A stretch of 64,000 nucleotides of DNA. Source: Armatimonadota bacterium (lineage in GTDB: Bacteria > Armatimonadota > UBA5829 > DTLH01). The stretch lies in the NCBI GenBank assembly GCA_039679675.1, contig JBDKUN010000056.1:32001-96000 (forward strand), in the 5' to 3' direction. This document shows, piece by piece, positions 60,344 to 64,000 of this stretch (position 1 is the first letter of the stretch; each line of letters starts with the position of its first letter). A model generated the notes under the pieces. It had not been told where the DNA came from, ran no database searches, and saw only the letters and a program-made list of their open reading frames with translations. Position numbers and translations under genes: made by a program.

Positions 60344-62614
60344 ATGCATAGAAACCTACGTACAACATCAGCTTATAAGCTGACGCTCATGGCTGCAGTG
60401 CTGGCCCTTGTTTTCTGTGTGGGGTTAGCATCTTATGCGTCAACAGTTTCAGGAACCGTAACACGAGGCGGTGTTCCGTGTCCTAATGCTCGTGTAGTTC
60501 TCACTCAGGATGGTACGCCTACGGCGGCGGTTCTGACAGACGCTAACGGCAACTACATTTTCTCCAGTGTCGCACTGGGGTCATACACTCTTACATTCAA
60601 CGCGATCAATGCAGTCCCTGTGATAGGCGACAATTCGTTCGATGTGACTGGGCTTGATGATGAGCATGTGACTGTGGATATGAACCTGACATACGGCTGC
60701 ACACCCCTCTATGACGACTTCTCAGGCGCCCAGGTCGATATGTATGATGCATTAACCAACCCGACAGGCAAATGGGAGTATTTAAACGCCGTACCTGACG
60801 CTACTTCACTAGACGTCACAGCCGTCTCTACAGAAAACGGCATGCTGAATATTGCACCCCAGCCGGTAAGAGGGGGAATCATAAGCACGACTGCATTCCC
60901 GAAATATGGCTCGTATGAGTGTGTGCTGCCTCGGCACTGGACCGGGCAAAGCTATTCGGTGGCCAACCAGTGCTTTTGCTTGACAAAAGACAAGGACTCA
61001 TGGGGATCGTCCATCGATCTGCAGGACCAGGGTAGTTCAACTGCATATCCTACCATGAACTGCTGGTCCAATGGCACCAAGTTCTGGCAGGGTTCGCCGT
61101 GTCTCTACCCGGCCAAGGTCACGGTACTTAGGACGGGCAAATACTTAGACGTCTTCGTTAACAATGTCTGGATATCAAGCTACACCAGCGATACGGTCGC
61201 TGATACGGCTTACATTTACCTGTACGGATATGAAAAAGAAACCTCAACTACTAAAACAATTGCTTATTTCGACGATATAAAAGCAGGCGCCACGGTGCCT
61301 GTGACATTGAACACTGTTGCCGAGGCCAGGGCAGCCGCAGCCGATGCGTCTGTCACCATAAGCAACGTCGTAGTAACGGCAAGTTTTGCCAATGCCTTCT
61401 GGGTAGAAAATACCGACCGGTCTTCCGGCATCAAGGTCATCTCGACAGCCAAGCCTGCAGTAGGCCAGAAAGCGACAATCTCCGGTAAGATAGTAAAACA
61501 GAACAATGAAGTCGCGCTTCAGGCGACGGATATTCTCAAGGGCGGCAGTTTCACGGTTCCGGCTGTAGCAGTAACGGGTAAGGTATCAAAGGAGCTTGAC
61601 AAGGCCGGAGCTTCTGCACAGGGGCTTTTTGTGAAAGTAGCAGGTAAAGTAAGCGAAACGCCGGACAACGACGGAACTTACATCACAGGTTACTATCTTG
61701 ACGATGGAAGCGGTATTGCGGTAGGAACCCACAAGGGGCTCTATGTTAAGCTGGCTGACTCCGTAAAACTGCCTGTCGGTATGATAAACACAGGCGATTT
61801 TCTTACAAGAACAGGCCCTCTGACCGTGTTTATGGCCGACAGCACAACTCCTGTTCCGTCCGTAATAACAACAGAGTGGATGGATTACAACAGCCCAGCC
61901 ACATTCACAGCGTATAACGATGTAGCATATATCCCTGGTTATTATCCTAGTGATGCTCTGACCAAGATTACCAACTACAGTTTCATGGCGGATTCTGCTA
62001 ATGGTTTTGTACAAGTTGTGCCTAGTGGGCTCCTCAGAGACTATGCTACTGGCAATTACGTTTCAGAGAGGGCAACTATCTCAGCTTACAATATGGCCAC
62101 TCTTGGATATGCGGGTGGAGATATTGCAGTGGGCTCGGATGCCGAAAAATACTTCGCGGATACAACCGATCCATTAAATACAAAATGGATAGTGAACTTT
62201 GTAGGAGCCCCATATGCCGCAAGTTCGGGCTGGTGGATGGATGTAACCCTCGAAGGACTCGACCCCAATGCGATGTATGAGTTCGTAGGAACGGTGAATA
62301 GAAATGAATCCATAAGCAATCCTTGCGTTACGAGATTCACCATTCTAGATTGTGTTGACCGCACCTATGGATGTTCAGACGGTGCTACTAAGGTAGATGA
62401 CAGCACTGTCACATTTAATACCAGCGCCAACGGTGTCGGCTATGTGGCTAGATGGTTCAACATCAAGCCGTCCGCAAATGGCACATTCAGAGTAAGATCG
62501 AATTATGTTTCCGGTAATTATAGTAAAGCTTATGCCATCGGCGGCTTCCGGCTCAGGAAGCAGGCTGGTACTGAGGAAACACCGCCGGGTGGTGGTATAC
62601 TGCTACCACTATAA
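60344..62614 (+). CDS. Secreted multidomain protein (carboxypeptidase-regulatory-like, beta-sandwich, OB-like pair, C-terminal beta domain)
   Basis: Signal peptide, VSGTVT..TDANGNY, YDDFSG, VVTASF..FWVE..DRSSGIKV, YYLDDGSG. Confidence 0.8.
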   Translation: MHRNLRTTSAYKLTLMAAVLALVFCVGLASYASTVSGTVTRGGVPCPNARVVLTQDGTPTAAVLTDANGNYIFSSVALGSYTLTFNAINAVPVIGDNSFDVTGLDDEHVTVDMNLTYGCTPLYDDFSGAQVDMYDALTNPTGKWEYLNAVPDATSLDVTAVSTENGMLNIAPQPVRGGIISTTAFPKYGSYECVLPRHWTGQSYSVANQCFCLTKDKDSWGSSIDLQDQGSSTAYPTMNCWSNGTKFWQGSPCLYPAKVTVLRTGKYLDVFVNNVWISSYTSDTVADTAYIYLYGYEKETSTTKTIAYFDDIKAGATVPVTLNTVAEARAAAADASVTISNVVVTASFANAFWVENTDRSSGIKVISTAKPAVGQKATISGKIVKQNNEVALQATDILKGGSFTVPAVAVTGKVSKELDKAGASAQGLFVKVAGKVSETPDNDGTYITGYYLDDGSGIAVGTHKGLYVKLADSVKLPVGMINTGDFLTRTGPLTVFMADSTTPVPSVITTEWMDYNSPATFTAYNDVAYIPGYYPSDALTKITNYSFMADSANGFVQVVPSGLLRDYATGNYVSERATISAYNMATLGYAGGDIAVGSDAEKYFADTTDPLNTKWIVNFVGAPYAASSGWWMDVTLEGLDPNAMYEFVGTVNRNESISNPCVTRFTILDCVDRTYGCSDGATKVDDSTVTFNTSANGVGYVARWFNIKPSANGTFRVRSNYVSGNYSKAYAIGGFRLRKQAGTEETPPGGGILLPL

Positions 62615-62647
62615 GTATTAGCAATCTCGATTGTTATATAACGTAAC

Positions 62648-62682
62648 AAAAGCCCCCGGAAAGCTGTTTTCGGGGGCTTTTT
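62648..62682 (+). terminator. Intrinsic terminator
   Basis: AAAAGCCCCCGGAAA..TTTTCGGGGGCTTTTT. Confidence 0.85.
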
Positions 62683-62873
62683 GTAATTGACACATGAATA
62701 TAAATATATCTAAAGAGTTTCGAGTAATTATGCTACAAGTCCCCCCATACTACTGAGAGAACTCCGATCGAGAATAGAGCCTTGATTCTTAAGATCATCT
62801 GCCAAAACTCAATAAACGAGATTATGCCAGCCTATGGTGTTTAATATATTCCTACAAAATAGTAAAAAAGTAC

Positions 62874-62902
62874 TTGACACGCGGTTTTGCACATGGTATA
62901 CA
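62874..62902 (+). promoter_or_regulatory. Sigma70 promoter, copy 2
   Basis: TTGACA-N17-TATACA, homologous to 59952-59980. Confidence 0.75.
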
Positions 62903-62946
62903 GGCATATATGGTACAAATACCAGCTACCAATATTTCACAGAATG

Positions 62947-63050
62947 CATAGAGGTGTCTATGTTCAAAGTATTCCGTAAGACGTAGTGGCCGGACGGAAT
63001 GACAGCCTGAGGTTGACCGTAACCGATAAATGGAAGAGGCAACCTCAGGT
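62947..63050 (+). ncRNA. Conserved multi-hairpin 5' leader, copy 2
   Basis: Same stems as 60094-60197. Confidence 0.5.
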
Positions 63051-63102
63051 GCATTATCGCAGAGTATCTTCACACATATTGAAAGAGGAGGCGAAAGGTA
63101 AA

Positions 63103-64000
63103 ATGCGTAGAAATCTACGTACAACATCAGCTTATAAGCTGACGCTCATGGCTGCAGTGCTGGCCCTTGTTTTCTGTGTGGGGTTAGCATCTTATGCGCA
63201 AACAGTTTCAGGAACTGTAACAAGAGGCGGCGTTCCATGCCCTGATGCCCGTGTAATTCTCGTGAATAACTCGCGGCTTGACGAAGGTGCGGTTATGACA
63301 ACCAGGACAGACGCCAATGGTTACTACAGTTTTACTGGCGGTATCTTCATCGGCGGAACCTGTACCCTTACAGTCAACGCCATCAAGGCAGTCCCTGTCA
63401 TAGACCAGGTTATCAATATAACTGACAATGAAATGACGGCGAATGTGGATCTGACATACGGTCAGACACCTCTCTATGATGACTTCTCCGGGGCTTCAGT
63501 CGATATGAACAAATGGGAACTGTTCAACGGTCAAGCTGACGAAACTTCAACAGACGTCACGGCCGTCTCTACAGAAAACGGCATGCTGAAGCTCGAGCCA
63601 AGCCCGGTAAGAGGCGGAATCATAAGCACGGCTGCATTCCCGAAATACGGCTCATATGAGTATGTGCTGCCTCAGACGCACTCGGGGACCAACCAGTGTT
63701 TCTGCATCATCAAGGACAAGGTCTCCGGCTTGGCGAACTTCGTCGATCTTCAGGACCAGAGCGGTTCAGCTACAAATCCTTACTTGAACGGCTTTAACGA
63801 TGCCTTGGATTCCCCAAAATTCCTGCAATCAGGTGCACTGCCATATCCATATCCGGCCAAAGTCACAGTGCTCAGGACGGGCTACTACTACGACATCTTC
63901 GTTAACAATGTCTGGCTGGCGTCTACCAGCACCTGGGATTCAATTAACGCCGTTGATAAAATTCCTGACAATGCTTACATTTACCTTTATGGATATGAAG
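63103..64000 (+). CDS. Paralog of 60344..62614, 3'-truncated by window edge (absent from ORF track)
   Basis: MRRNLRTTSAYKLTLMAAVLALVFCVGLASYAQTVSGTVTRGG..TPLYDDFSG..; open to end; SD GAGGAGG. Confidence 0.9.
   Translation, partial: MRRNLRTTSAYKLTLMAAVLALVFCVGLASYAQTVSGTVTRGGVPCPDARVILVNNSRLDEGAVMTTRTDANGYYSFTGGIFIGGTCTLTVNAIKAVPVIDQVINITDNEMTANVDLTYGQTPLYDDFSGASVDMNKWELFNGQADETSTDVTAVSTENGMLKLEPSPVRGGIISTAAFPKYGSYEYVLPQTHSGTNQCFCIIKDKVSGLANFVDLQDQSGSATNPYLNGFNDALDSPKFLQSGALPYPYPAKVTVLRTGYYYDIFVNNVWLASTSTWDSINAVDKIPDNAYIYLYGYE

Noticed and set aside
1..64000. CRISPR array, cas genes, integrase, transposase, reverse transcriptase/DGR
   Set aside because: No regularly spaced repeats or diagnostic protein motifs seen; the paralog differences at the end are not adenine-specific

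Overview
Bacterial chromosomal window, about 50% GC by eye and gene-dense. It most likely comes from a diderm Terrabacteria lineage, probably Armatimonadota; this is inferred from an SLH/coiled-coil/beta-barrel OmpM-like protein, a TonB-dependent receptor and secreted proteins with an 'FWVE..DRSSGIKV' module. Housekeeping and metabolic genes include ruvABC, hisG, nadB, hemC, psuG, PPi-dependent PFK, smc, rluD-like, xylA, copA, a GH2, a GH130, sugar ABC transporters and tRNA-Met(CAT). There are two toxin-antitoxin pairs (AbiE-like type IV; DUF1778/GNAT). No CRISPR array, integrase, transposase or reverse transcriptase is visible. The most interesting signals are non-coding. (1) A c-di-GMP-I riboswitch with a readable OFF-type expression platform leads into an orphan structured RNA or small ORF, then a Cys-rich microprotein and a degenerate GGDEF (KDDEF, intact I-site). 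(2) There are two candidate orphan sRNAs with a promoter, a short body and a terminator, one ECF-type and one sigma54-type. (3) The OmpM-like gene has a structured leader with a uORF and anti-SD pairing. (4) A ~280-nt orphan structured RNA precedes rluD. (5) A promoter plus multi-hairpin leader is duplicated in front of tandem paralogous secreted proteins. Traces of mobility include a class C group II intron domain-V remnant after a terminator, a 24-bp direct repeat of the psuG 3' end flanking a one-gene insert, and MITE/REP-like elements. All structures were folded by eye and no database searches were run.
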